A stretch of 64,000 bases of DNA, taken from the NCBI GenBank assembly GCA_044358425.1, contig CP054849.1:1081446-1145445 (forward strand), written 5' to 3'. The translations under genes were made by a program, and so were the position numbers. Position 1 is the stretch's first letter; the number at the start of each line of letters is the position of its first letter. Below the pieces are notes generated by a model. That model saw only the letters and a list, made by a program, of their open reading frames with translations. It made no database searches and had not been told where the DNA came from. The stretch comes from Marine Group I thaumarchaeote. GTDB lineage: Archaea; Thermoproteota; Nitrososphaeria; Nitrososphaerales; Nitrosopumilaceae. Positions 38,809-48,207 of this stretch are shown here, one piece after another.

Positions 38809-40362
38809 CTAAACCCCCATCACTCCATTCATGTAAGGAATAATTGTCTTCAAGAAAATATCTGGATAAATTCCCACTACAATTGAAAATCCTGCTAATA
38901 TCATCATTGGAATTGTCATGTACCAACTTCCTTCTTTGACATTTTGAAGATGTTCAGGAAGTTTACCAAAGAATACACGTTTCAACATCCAAAGCATGTA
39001 AGACATTGTTAATGCAGTTGCAACAAGACCTAATCCAAATGCTACGGCTCTAATTGTAGAACCTTCTGCAATAGCAGTTTCTAATGCACCGTAAAACATA
39101 ATCCATTCACCCATAAATCCACTGGTTGGTGGTACTCCCATTATTGTGAGTGCACCAATAACTGCACATACTGCAGTAATTGGCATCTTACCAGCAAGTC
39201 CTCCAAGTTTCTTAATACTTCTCGTACCAACTTTAACAATAATAATTCCAGCCATCATGAAGAGAATACCTTTTCCAATAGCGTGAGTAACATACATCAT
39301 TTCAGCACCAGCAAGACCGTATGCAGACATTGATCCTATTCCAAATAGCAAATATCCCATTTGACTGATACTTGAATAAGCAAGGAAACGTTTCAAGTCA
39401 TCTTGCATTAATGCCATAGCACCACCATAGATCATAGTGACAAGACCCCAAATATGGAACCAAATTGCAAGTTCTGAAAATGTTACAGGTAAGAATTCAA
39501 CAACTAATCTAAAGAGACCATAAGCTCCAATTCCAATCATTGCTGGAGACAATAATGCACTGATTGGTGTAGGTGCTGCACCGTGAACATATGGAAGCCA
39601 AATATGATACAAGAAAACTGCAAGTTTTACACCAAGTCCTATCGAAATAGCTACCGCTGAATACATCGCAATGTCAGCAGGAAGTTCAGATTCTTGAATA
39701 TCTGCAAAGTCAAAGCTACCAAGTGTTAGACCTATCATCAAAAATCCAAGTAATAGAACAACTGCACCAGCATGGGTCCAGAATAAGAACATTAAACCTA
39801 TTTTTCTTCTTGGTCCATCACCCCATAAAGCAACCATAAAGAAACCTGGAATTAACATAACTTCAAAGAAAATGTAAAATTCAATCAGATTTGTTGCAAG
39901 AACTGTTCCAAGCATTCCCATTGCAAATACAAGATAAAGTGCAAAGTAAAGACCAGATTTAGCATTTACATAATTTTGTAAAGCAGATGATTCAACAACA
40001 GAAGACTGTCCACTCTCTGAATGATTAATTTTTTGTTCTTCTTCAAATTGTTCATGGAATTTATGAATCATGTATGGTTTTGAATAGATTGCTAAGATTG
40101 TAGACAAAACATAAATCATAATTGCAAATGGTGAAGCAAGTCCATCTAGTAAGAAACCAAATTCACCAAATTGTTCTGTCCATGGATAATGTTCTTCTAC
40201 AGTTCCAGATAGTGCTGCGTTGATTACTAGAATAGTAGTGTAAAGTAAAATTGCAAATGTAAACCACATTGCAGGAGTAGGACCTACTTTTCTTCCAAGA
40301 ATATAGGCTACTGGGGATAACAGTAATGGCAGGAAAACAGCCTGTAATAATGCATATTCCAT
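38809..40362 (-). CDS. nuoM: Complex I subunit M
   Basis: FYIFFE, HIWLPYVHGAAP, LAYSSISQMG motifs. Confidence 0.93.
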   Translation of the reverse strand: MEYALLQAVFLPLLLSPVAYILGRKVGPTPAMWFTFAILLYTTILVINAALSGTVEEHYPWTEQFGEFGFLLDGLASPFAIMIYVLSTILAIYSKPYMIHKFHEQFEEEQKINHSESGQSSVVESSALQNYVNAKSGLYFALYLVFAMGMLGTVLATNLIEFYIFFEVMLIPGFFMVALWGDGPRRKIGLMFLFWTHAGAVVLLLGFLMIGLTLGSFDFADIQESELPADIAMYSAVAISIGLGVKLAVFLYHIWLPYVHGAAPTPISALLSPAMIGIGAYGLFRLVVEFLPVTFSELAIWFHIWGLVTMIYGGAMALMQDDLKRFLAYSSISQMGYLLFGIGSMSAYGLAGAEMMYVTHAIGKGILFMMAGIIIVKVGTRSIKKLGGLAGKMPITAVCAVIGALTIMGVPPTSGFMGEWIMFYGALETAIAEGSTIRAVAFGLGLVATALTMSYMLWMLKRVFFGKLPEHLQNVKEGSWYMTIPMMILAGFSIVVGIYPDIFLKTIIPYMNGVMGV

Positions 40363-40667
40363 TATCCTTTCAAGCTCCTAAAGTCTGCAATATCGACATT
40401 TTGATACATTCTGTATGCTACAATGATTAATGATAATCCAACAGCTACTTCTGCTGCTGCAATTGCAATTGAAAATAATGCCAAAGTTTGACCAGCACTG
40501 TCAGGGATAAATCTACCAAATGCGACAAGATTAAGATTTGCTGCATTAATAATAATTTCAACAGCAAATAACATTCTAATGAAATTACGCTTTACTGCAA
40601 GTCCATAGATTCCTATTGCCAGTAAAGCAACAGAAACTAGTGTAAAATCAACTAACTCGTTGGTCAT
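40362..40667 (-). CDS. nuoK: Complex I subunit K
   Basis: EIIINAANL, AAAEVAVGL motifs. Confidence 0.94.
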   Translation of the reverse strand: MTNELVDFTLVSVALLAIGIYGLAVKRNFIRMLFAVEIIINAANLNLVAFGRFIPDSAGQTLALFSIAIAAAEVAVGLSLIIVAYRMYQNVDIADFRSLKG

Positions 40668-41160
40668 TCTCCACATCCTCTCTTCTAGCTAAAACTAATG
40701 CACCAGTTACAGAACCAGCCAAAATTAAGCCCATCAAAATTAATGCTGGCCAATAGTAAGTGACAAAGTCTGTACCAATATCTCTAAAATCAACTGCAGG
40801 TTCATCAGTAGTTATTGTTTTAATTCCAGAGTCTAAGAATACAGCACCCAAAGATACCATAATAATTAACATTAAACCAATTCCAGCAAACTTTCTTTTT
40901 CTGTCCTCAATTTTTTTAAAGATAAGTTCTCTTTTTACAAGCATTACAGTGAATAAAATTAAGACTGCGATTGAACCAACATAAACTGCTAGTTGGAACA
41001 ATGCAACAAATGGTGCATCAAGTATAAAGAAGAAACCGGCAATACCACCAAGAGTTCCCATCAATGCAATTGAACCATAAATTAAAGATCTCATTTCAAG
41101 TGCTGCAATTGCAGAACCAATTGTGATAACAGTTAATGCAAGAAATACAGCATCAGCCAT
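40648..41160 (-). CDS. nuoJ: Complex I subunit J
   Basis: QLAVYVGSIAVLILF motif. Confidence 0.92.
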   Translation of the reverse strand: MADAVFLALTVITIGSAIAALEMRSLIYGSIALMGTLGGIAGFFFILDAPFVALFQLAVYVGSIAVLILFTVMLVKRELIFKKIEDRKRKFAGIGLMLIIMVSLGAVFLDSGIKTITTDEPAVDFRDIGTDFVTYYWPALILMGLILAGSVTGALVLARREDVENDQRVS

Positions 41161-41653
41161 GAGTTGCTCCATTTTTAGTAATTACAATTTCACTATCTTG
41201 TTCAACATAAGGTTTGACTGCAAGTTGTGCAGGAGTATAGATTAAACCTTCTTTGCTAAATGAAGATAATTCGTAATCATTAGTCATGTAAAGTGCGTAA
41301 AATGGACATGCGTCTACACATAAACCACAAAAAACACATTTACCATAATCAATTTGTGGCATAATAGATTTTTTATTTTGTTTTTGTTCTTCTGGAACTT
41401 TTACCATTGCTATAGCTTCAGCAACACCCTCACATGCAATAGAGCATAATTGACATCCAGTACAGTGATCATGGAATAACATGTGACGACCCTTTAGTCC
41501 AGCAATTCCAACACCAGTAGATGGATCAAATTGATAACCATCACCTACAAACTTTAGTTTCTCTTCAGGATAACGAAGAGTAAATCTTTTAGTTGCAATG
41601 TGTTTAATTCCAGAATTTAGTGCACGTACAATTCCTGTAGCAGTATTTGTCAT
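41153..41653 (-). CDS. nuoI: Complex I subunit I (2x[4Fe-4S])
   Basis: YPEE, CTGCQLCSIAC, CVFCGLCVDACP motifs. Confidence 0.94.
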   Translation of the reverse strand: MTNTATGIVRALNSGIKHIATKRFTLRYPEEKLKFVGDGYQFDPSTGVGIAGLKGRHMLFHDHCTGCQLCSIACEGVAEAIAMVKVPEEQKQNKKSIMPQIDYGKCVFCGLCVDACPFYALYMTNDYELSSFSKEGLIYTPAQLAVKPYVEQDSEIVITKNGATHG

Positions 41654-42963
41654 TGTAATCCTCCTGGCCCGAGCACTCCAGCGTAAACCAAAGCTAGTGC
41701 AATAAAGATGTTAACGAAAGCAAGACCGATCAATTTGGTCCATCCAAGACTTAACAACATATCAATTCTAATTCTTGGGAAAACACCCCTTGGCAATAGT
41801 ATAAAGAAGATTACACCAACAGTCTTTAGAACAAACATCAACGTTCCATTAATCATTTCTTGAGTAATTGTTTGACTAAGTATTGGTTCCAATCCACCTA
41901 TCTTTGCAGTTACAGGACCAAGTTCAATTCCTTCAGTAGCAAGTTCCATTGGGAATGGTGGAACTATCATTGGACCATTCCATCCACCGAGGAACAATAC
42001 AACAAACAGTGCTGCAAATGCATAAAGTTTCAAATAAGTTCCTAATTGAACTAGTCCATACATCATTCCAGATAATTCAGTTAACCAACCAGCAACAATT
42101 TCACTTTCTGCTTCAGGTAAATCAAATGGAATTCTTTCTAATTCTGCAAGCATTGTAATGAAAAACACAATTGCACCTACTGGTAAAAATACAATCCATG
42201 GGAAACTAGATTGACTTGCAGCAATTTCAGATAAGTTAAGAGTTCCAGTAACCATTACAACGCCCAACAAAGATAAAATTAATGGAATTTCGAATGAAAC
42301 CATTTGGAATAATGCTCTAATTCCTCCAATGAATGGGAATTTACTATTTGCAGACCATGCAGAAAGAATAGTTACAATTGGGAAAAATCCAATTACAGCA
42401 AAAACAGCTAGCAATCCCATATCTACATCTGCAACTACCCAACCTGGTGCAACTGGAATTAATGCAACAAATGCTGCTGCAGATGCAACAAATAGAACTG
42501 GCGCTGCCCAAAAAATGGGTTTATCAGCTTTTGCTGGAATGATAATTTCTTTGGAAATTAATTTTAAACCATCACCTGCTAATTGTAAAATGCCTTCTAC
42601 TTTTCCACAGTAAAAAGGACCAACTCTTAATTGTAATTTTGCCAACATTTTTCTTTCAACAAAAATAGTACCGGCGGCTAATAATGCAGCAAAACCAAAT
42701 CCAGGAAATGCCATTACTTTAAACATGTCAGTTGTCATAAATGCTTGAACAATTGGAAGTGTTCGTGTTGGATCCGCTAAATAAGTAAATGCCAAAAATG
42801 GTGTAAGTAATTCGCCATCAATAACTGGCATCGGAATATAAAATAATATCATCATGATTACAGGGAAACCAATTAATGAAAATATCAAAAGGAACCAAAC
42901 TGCATCATCAATAATGGATTTGATAAACTCACTTAGTTTGAAATTTGGTGCAATTACAGACAT
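41650..42963 (-). CDS. nuoH: Complex I subunit H with N-terminal extension
   Basis: ERKMLAKLQLRVGP, DGLKLISKE, RIPFDLPEAESE motifs. Confidence 0.94.
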   Translation of the reverse strand: MSVIAPNFKLSEFIKSIIDDAVWFLLIFSLIGFPVIMMILFYIPMPVIDGELLTPFLAFTYLADPTRTLPIVQAFMTTDMFKVMAFPGFGFAALLAAGTIFVERKMLAKLQLRVGPFYCGKVEGILQLAGDGLKLISKEIIIPAKADKPIFWAAPVLFVASAAAFVALIPVAPGWVVADVDMGLLAVFAVIGFFPIVTILSAWSANSKFPFIGGIRALFQMVSFEIPLILSLLGVVMVTGTLNLSEIAASQSSFPWIVFLPVGAIVFFITMLAELERIPFDLPEAESEIVAGWLTELSGMMYGLVQLGTYLKLYAFAALFVVLFLGGWNGPMIVPPFPMELATEGIELGPVTAKIGGLEPILSQTITQEMINGTLMFVLKTVGVIFFILLPRGVFPRIRIDMLLSLGWTKLIGLAFVNIFIALALVYAGVLGPGGLQ

Positions 42964-44100
42964 CTATCGGTCTGCCTCCACTGGCCAATAATTAAGACTC
43001 CAATAAACAGATGGCATGTTACCAAGTTTTTCACCTTTTAACAGATATGGTAAAGCAATTAGATTTCTAAATGAACCAACACTCAATTTTAATCGGTATG
43101 GTTCAACTTTACCATCAGAAACAATATGACATCCCAAAGAACCTCTTCCTGATTCTACACGTTTGTAAACAGAATCCAATCCTTTACCTTTTGGATTTGG
43201 TTTTAGTTTAACTCTAACAGAACCAGACTTTGGCATTTTTTGTAATGCTTGTCTAATAATATTACAACTCTCCATCATATCAAGCCATGGTACTTTGGAT
43301 CTTGCGTAAGAATCACCTTCTTTCATCACATTACTGTGAACATCTAATTCTTCATAGACATCATAAGGTTCCTTTTGTCTAAGATCATAATCTACTCCAC
43401 TTGCACGTAAAACAGAACCAGTTGTTCCAAGTCTAATTGCATCCTCACGGGAAAGAACTCCAGTATCTCTTGTTCTTGAAATTAAAATTGGATTATCATA
43501 AAAGACTGCAGCATATTCTTTGATACGTTTCTCAAAGTAATTGACTTGACGTAGACATACTTCTTCAAAGTTTGGTGGCAAATCATTTCTAACTCCACCT
43601 GGAACAAAGTGTGCATGTGTTACTCTTGCACCACTTATTTTTTCCATTAAATCAATTAACAGTTCACGGTCTCCAGCTGGCCACATAAACATTGTAGAAT
43701 GACCTAAGAAGATTCCATAAATTGCAAGCCAGTACATTGTGTAAATACAACGATTTAATTCTGAACAGATTACTCGAACATATTTTGCACGTTCTGGAAC
43801 TTCAATTCCAAGTAGCTCTTCTACACCCAAAACATATGGATAGAGAACATTACAAGAATCATGAATTACTGGTCTTTCTAAGTGAGGAACGTTTGTAATA
43901 TAATTTCTATATTCAGCCATTTTTTCTTCCCCACGGTGTACATAACCTGGATCAGGATCACAAGCTACAATATAATCACCATCAATTTGTACAATAATTC
44001 TCATATGTCCAGAACCAGGATGTTGTGGTCCAACATTGAGAGTCATAATTCTCTCGTCAACTTTTTGGATTGCTAATCCAGGTGGTAATTCTGCAGTCAT
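42964..44100 (-). CDS. nuoD: Complex I subunit D
   Basis: LNVGPQHP, GYVHRGEEK, C-terminal EADR. Confidence 0.94.
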   Translation of the reverse strand: MTAELPPGLAIQKVDERIMTLNVGPQHPGSGHMRIIVQIDGDYIVACDPDPGYVHRGEEKMAEYRNYITNVPHLERPVIHDSCNVLYPYVLGVEELLGIEVPERAKYVRVICSELNRCIYTMYWLAIYGIFLGHSTMFMWPAGDRELLIDLMEKISGARVTHAHFVPGGVRNDLPPNFEEVCLRQVNYFEKRIKEYAAVFYDNPILISRTRDTGVLSREDAIRLGTTGSVLRASGVDYDLRQKEPYDVYEELDVHSNVMKEGDSYARSKVPWLDMMESCNIIRQALQKMPKSGSVRVKLKPNPKGKGLDSVYKRVESGRGSLGCHIVSDGKVEPYRLKLSVGSFRNLIALPYLLKGEKLGNMPSVYWSLNYWPVEADR

Positions 44101-44101
44101 T

Positions 44102-44665
44102 CTATCGTCCTTTTATTGCAAAGTCCTTTCTGAGAGGTGGTAAATCTGCCCAATCTTCAGGCAAGAGTAATCTTCTGTTATCTGGATGACCGTTAAAATA
44201 AACTCCAAACATTTCAAAAACTTCTCTTTCGTGAAATTCTACACTGTAGAATATATCTCTAAGAGAAGGTAACTTTGTTGCATCTTTTCCGGGAAGTGGA
44301 TTTTCCTCTCTTTGTGCTCTAGTAGATAAAACCAAAATTTGTTTAGCCAATGATGAATCCGAATAGGAACCAATATGATAAACTACCTCAATTTCTTTAT
44401 CCTGTGGGTAATCTACTCCTGAAACGGATTCTACATGATCATAATTTAGTCCATCTCGAATAAATTCTGCAACATCATGGACGTCTTCTCTTTTAGCTTT
44501 AATTCCAACTCTATTTTCTTTAACAAATTCAACTTCAACTTTATCACCAAATTTTTCAACAACTTTATCAGAAATACTTTTTTCAAAAGCAGGTAATTCA
44601 ACAGATTTTTCAGCTGGTTTTGGTGCTGGTTTCGTTTCAGTTTTGGTTTCAGTTTCAGAACTCAT
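44102..44665 (-). CDS. nuoC: Complex I subunit C
   Basis: EREVFEMFGVYFNGHP..RRLL..PLRKDF motif. Confidence 0.94.
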   Translation of the reverse strand: MSSETETKTETKPAPKPAEKSVELPAFEKSISDKVVEKFGDKVEVEFVKENRVGIKAKREDVHDVAEFIRDGLNYDHVESVSGVDYPQDKEIEVVYHIGSYSDSSLAKQILVLSTRAQREENPLPGKDATKLPSLRDIFYSVEFHEREVFEMFGVYFNGHPDNRRLLLPEDWADLPPLRKDFAIKGR

Positions 44666-45201
44666 TATACAAACTTCCTAGCCTTCATTCTCTTAATTTT
44701 TTCTTGCAACAAAATACATCCTTGGATGAGAGTTTCAGGTCTAGGTGGGCAACCTGGAACATAGACATCAACTGGAAGAACTCCATCAATTCCTGGAAGT
44801 ACATTGTATGAATCAAAATACAATCCTCCAGTAATTGCACAAGCACCCATAGCAATCACATATTTTGGTTCTGGCATTTGATCATAAACTAATCTCAGAC
44901 GTGGAGCCATTTTTCGTGTAATTGTACCTTGAACAACAATAAGATCACATTGTCTTAATGATCCGAATGCTTCAATGATACCAAATCTTTCAACGTCATA
45001 TCTAGGACTTGATGCTGCACCAAACTCAACACTACAACAAGCTGTTTCAATATGCACAGGCCAAAGTGACCAAATTCTACCCCAATTGATAGCATAGCCC
45101 AATGGTTTGTCAATTGCTTTTTCCAAAATATCTCCAAGTTTTCCAATGAAGACATTTGCATTTTCTGGTGTTACTAAATCTTTAAGCAATTTTATTCCCA
45201 A
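44665..45201 (-). CDS. nuoB: Complex I subunit B (start may be TTG at 45189)
   Basis: TACCSVE, MPEPKYVIAMGAC, VPGCPPRPE motifs. Confidence 0.95.
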   Translation of the reverse strand: MGIKLLKDLVTPENANVFIGKLGDILEKAIDKPLGYAINWGRIWSLWPVHIETACCSVEFGAASSPRYDVERFGIIEAFGSLRQCDLIVVQGTITRKMAPRLRLVYDQMPEPKYVIAMGACAITGGLYFDSYNVLPGIDGVLPVDVYVPGCPPRPETLIQGCILLQEKIKRMKARKFV

Positions 45202-45229
45202 CCCCCTTTGTCATCATTTCTATAAATAA

Positions 45230-45616
45230 CTACCAAATTCTTCTTCTCCCTGATTGATAAAGTGCAAAAGACATTGCACCAAACATTATTGCTAAGAATC
45301 CTATCATTGGTAAAGTTGCACTTTTTGGAAGTTCCAAAAGTGCACTACCCCAAGCATATAAGAAAATTGCAACTACATCAAAAATTACGAACATCAAAAT
45401 GTACGGGTAATACTGCATCATAAAATGAGTTCTACCCTCACCACTAGGAACTTGTCCACATTCCATAGGCAAAAATTTTACAGGATTACTCTTTTTACGT
45501 GGTGAAATCATTCTAGAAATCAATAATGCGGGTGCCATTGCTACTACTGCGAACCCGAACATCAATACTACGGTGCTATAATTGCCCGCTAATTCTCCGA
45601 CCAATTTAACTTTCAT
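45230..45616 (-). CDS. nuoA: Complex I subunit A (start uncertain)
   Basis: MECG, QYY..ILMFVIFDV motifs. Confidence 0.92.
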   Translation of the reverse strand: MKVKLVGELAGNYSTVVLMFGFAVVAMAPALLISRMISPRKKSNPVKFLPMECGQVPSGEGRTHFMMQYYPYILMFVIFDVVAIFLYAWGSALLELPKSATLPMIGFLAIMFGAMSFALYQSGRRRIW

Positions 45617-45717
45617 CTCTGAGTTTTATATAATAAGATATGCTTCGTTTTTTCGATCGGGTTATTGGAAATGAAGAATTTGAAAAGTAATTAATAGGAT
45701 ATAGTAAATTTCCGATC

Positions 45718-46182
45718 ATGGTATTGAATGTAGGCGATCTGGCTCCAAATTTTGAACTCCCTGATACAGAATTAAAAATGAGGACTTTAGACGAATTTAA
45801 GGGTAAAAAGATCGTATTATCATTCATAGTAGCAGCAAGTTCACCAGTATGTGAGGTTGAATTATGCACATTCAGAGATTCATGGAAAGAAATTTCAGAT
45901 ATGGGTGCACAAATAATTTCAATTAGTAATGATGGACCCTTTGCAAATAAAGCATTTGCAGAGAAACATAATTTCAATTTTCCATTATTAGGAGATTATA
46001 CAAGTAAAACAATCAAAGATTATGATATCTTACTAAAAGATCTATTACACATCAAGGACTACAATGCAGCTAAACGTTCAGTATTCATAATTATGGAAGA
46101 TGGAAAAATTGGATACAAATGGGTATCAGAAGATCCATTAAAAGAACCAAATTATGAAGAAATTAAAAACTTTTTAAAATAA
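45718..46182 (+). CDS. Peroxiredoxin (AhpC/TSA, BCP/AhpE-like)
   Basis: VGDLAPNFEL, SPVCEVELC, KRSVFII motifs. Confidence 0.9.
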   Translation: MVLNVGDLAPNFELPDTELKMRTLDEFKGKKIVLSFIVAASSPVCEVELCTFRDSWKEISDMGAQIISISNDGPFANKAFAEKHNFNFPLLGDYTSKTIKDYDILLKDLLHIKDYNAAKRSVFIIMEDGKIGYKWVSEDPLKEPNYEEIKNFLK

Positions 46183-46192
46183 AATAATTTTT

Positions 46193-46708
46193 TTATTCTA
46201 TATCTGAAATTATATCGCCTTTTGCAACAGATGCACCTTCTTTAGCTTTAATATTTCGGATAACTCCATCTTTATGTGCTTTAACTGCAACTTGCATTTT
46301 CATAGATTCCAAAGTACAAATAACATCACCTTTCTTTACTGTATCACCATGTTCAACTGAAATTGAAACCACTTTACCAGGAATTTGACTTTTTAATGCT
46401 ATTTGTGCTCCGCCAGAACTACTTCCACCAGAATTTTTGTAAACGACTTTATCATAATGAGTATGTAAATTGATAATCATTGGCACATTATCTATAACAA
46501 TATTCATTTCATTTGTGGATTGTTCAAGATATTTTGCCTTATGGTATTGTTGGTTTAAGATAAATTCTATTCCACGTGAATTCATACTAATTATTTTTAA
46601 TTTATGTTCGTTATCATTAATCTTGATTATGTAATCATTATCACCAAGATTTTCTAGAATTTTTCCATCAAATGATTTTTCAATTTCTTGGATTTTAAAA
46701 TTAGTCAT
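46193..46708 (-). CDS. accB: Biotin carboxyl carrier subunit of acetyl/propionyl-CoA carboxylase
   Basis: ESMKM biotinylation motif. Confidence 0.93.
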   Translation of the reverse strand: MTNFKIQEIEKSFDGKILENLGDNDYIIKINDNEHKLKIISMNSRGIEFILNQQYHKAKYLEQSTNEMNIVIDNVPMIINLHTHYDKVVYKNSGGSSSGGAQIALKSQIPGKVVSISVEHGDTVKKGDVICTLESMKMQVAVKAHKDGVIRNIKAKEGASVAKGDIISDIE

Positions 46709-46713
46709 ATCTA

Positions 46714-48207
46714 TCAGTCCAGTTTATTTTTCCAGTTTGCGCTATTGTTAGAAGTATTTTGTACTTGACTCTTAAAATATTCAGAATGAATTATTGCAGC
46801 AGCTAATGCGGCATCAGTTTTATTTTCTTTTTCTTTTTTGAGATCTTCGGTTAATTTATCAATCATGCCATAACGCTTCAAAAAGTCAGTAGATAATTCT
46901 CCATTTTTGTATTCTTCAGAATTAAGAATTGTTTTGTAAAGAGGGATTGAGGTTTCAACACCTTGAACATACATATCATTTAGTGCAGTAAGCATTCTAG
47001 TTCTAGATTCTTCAAATGTTGGTCCCCATGTACAGAGTTTTGCCATCAAGGAATCATAAAATGGAGAAACAGTGCATCCAGGATAAAGATAGGTATCACA
47101 TCGAACATTAGGTCCAGAAGGAATTGTAACATCTGGAACTGGTCCTGTTGAAGGTGCAAAGTCCAAAAATGTATCTTCAGCATTAATTCTACATTCAATT
47201 GCATAACCATTCATCTTTAGATCTTTTTGTTTGAATGGTAGTGGCTCTCCATTTGCAATATCAATTTGTAGTTTGACAAAGTCTAATCCTGAAACCATTT
47301 CACTAATTGGGTGTTCTACTTGGAGTCTTGCATTAATCTCAATAAAATAAAATTCACCATTATCAGCTCTTAAGAATTCGGCAGTACCAAGATTTGTGTA
47401 ATCAACTGCCTCTGCTGCTCTAACAACTATTTCACCAATTTCTTCTCTTTTTGCAGCATCTACCACAGGAGAAGGAGTTTGTTCAATTAGTTTTTGATTT
47501 CTTCTCTGAATAGAACATTCTCTCTCAAAGAGATGTACTGCATTTCCATGTTGATCTCTGCACATTTGATATTCAATGTGTCTTGTTTTTTCTAAAAATT
47601 TCTCAACAATAATTGCAGATTTTCCAACGGCAGCAATAGATTCTGAGGTTACTGTTTCAAAACCTTCGTGTAATTCTTTGTCATTTGTTACAATTCTAAT
47701 TCCACGACCTCCACCACCATAAACTGATTTTAACATAACAGGATATCCTATCTCATTTGCAACTTTTGCTGCATCTTCTGCATCCTTTACTAAACCAGGA
47801 CTTCCAGGAACCGTTGGAACATTAGCTTTTAACATTGCAGCTTTACATTCCATCTTATCACCACAAAGATTCATTGAATCTGCAGATGGGCCAATAAATG
47901 TAATTTTATTTTTCTCACACAATCTAGCAAAATCATCATTTTCAGAAAGGAATCCATAACCAGGATGTACAGCATCTGCACCAGATGATAACATTACATC
48001 TAGAATTTTTTCTTGATTTAGATATGATTTAGCAGGTGCTGCTTCACCAATATGATAGGCTTCAGATGCTTGTTTAACATGTAATGAATTTGTGTCTTCA
48101 TCAGAATATACAGCAACTGTTTTGATTCCAAGTGCTTTACAAGTTCTAATTACACGTAAAGCGATTTCTCCTCTGTTAGCGATAAGTACTTTCTCAATCA
48201 TCTTCAA
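46714..48207 (-). CDS. accC: Biotin carboxylase subunit
   Basis: LIANRGEIA, HPGYGFLSEN, GGGGRG, EINARLQVEH motifs. Confidence 0.95.
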   Translation of the reverse strand: MKMIEKVLIANRGEIALRVIRTCKALGIKTVAVYSDEDTNSLHVKQASEAYHIGEAAPAKSYLNQEKILDVMLSSGADAVHPGYGFLSENDDFARLCEKNKITFIGPSADSMNLCGDKMECKAAMLKANVPTVPGSPGLVKDAEDAAKVANEIGYPVMLKSVYGGGGRGIRIVTNDKELHEGFETVTSESIAAVGKSAIIVEKFLEKTRHIEYQMCRDQHGNAVHLFERECSIQRRNQKLIEQTPSPVVDAAKREEIGEIVVRAAEAVDYTNLGTAEFLRADNGEFYFIEINARLQVEHPISEMVSGLDFVKLQIDIANGEPLPFKQKDLKMNGYAIECRINAEDTFLDFAPSTGPVPDVTIPSGPNVRCDTYLYPGCTVSPFYDSLMAKLCTWGPTFEESRTRMLTALNDMYVQGVETSIPLYKTILNSEEYKNGELSTDFLKRYGMIDKLTEDLKKEKENKTDAALAAAIIHSEYFKSQVQNTSNNSANWKNKLD

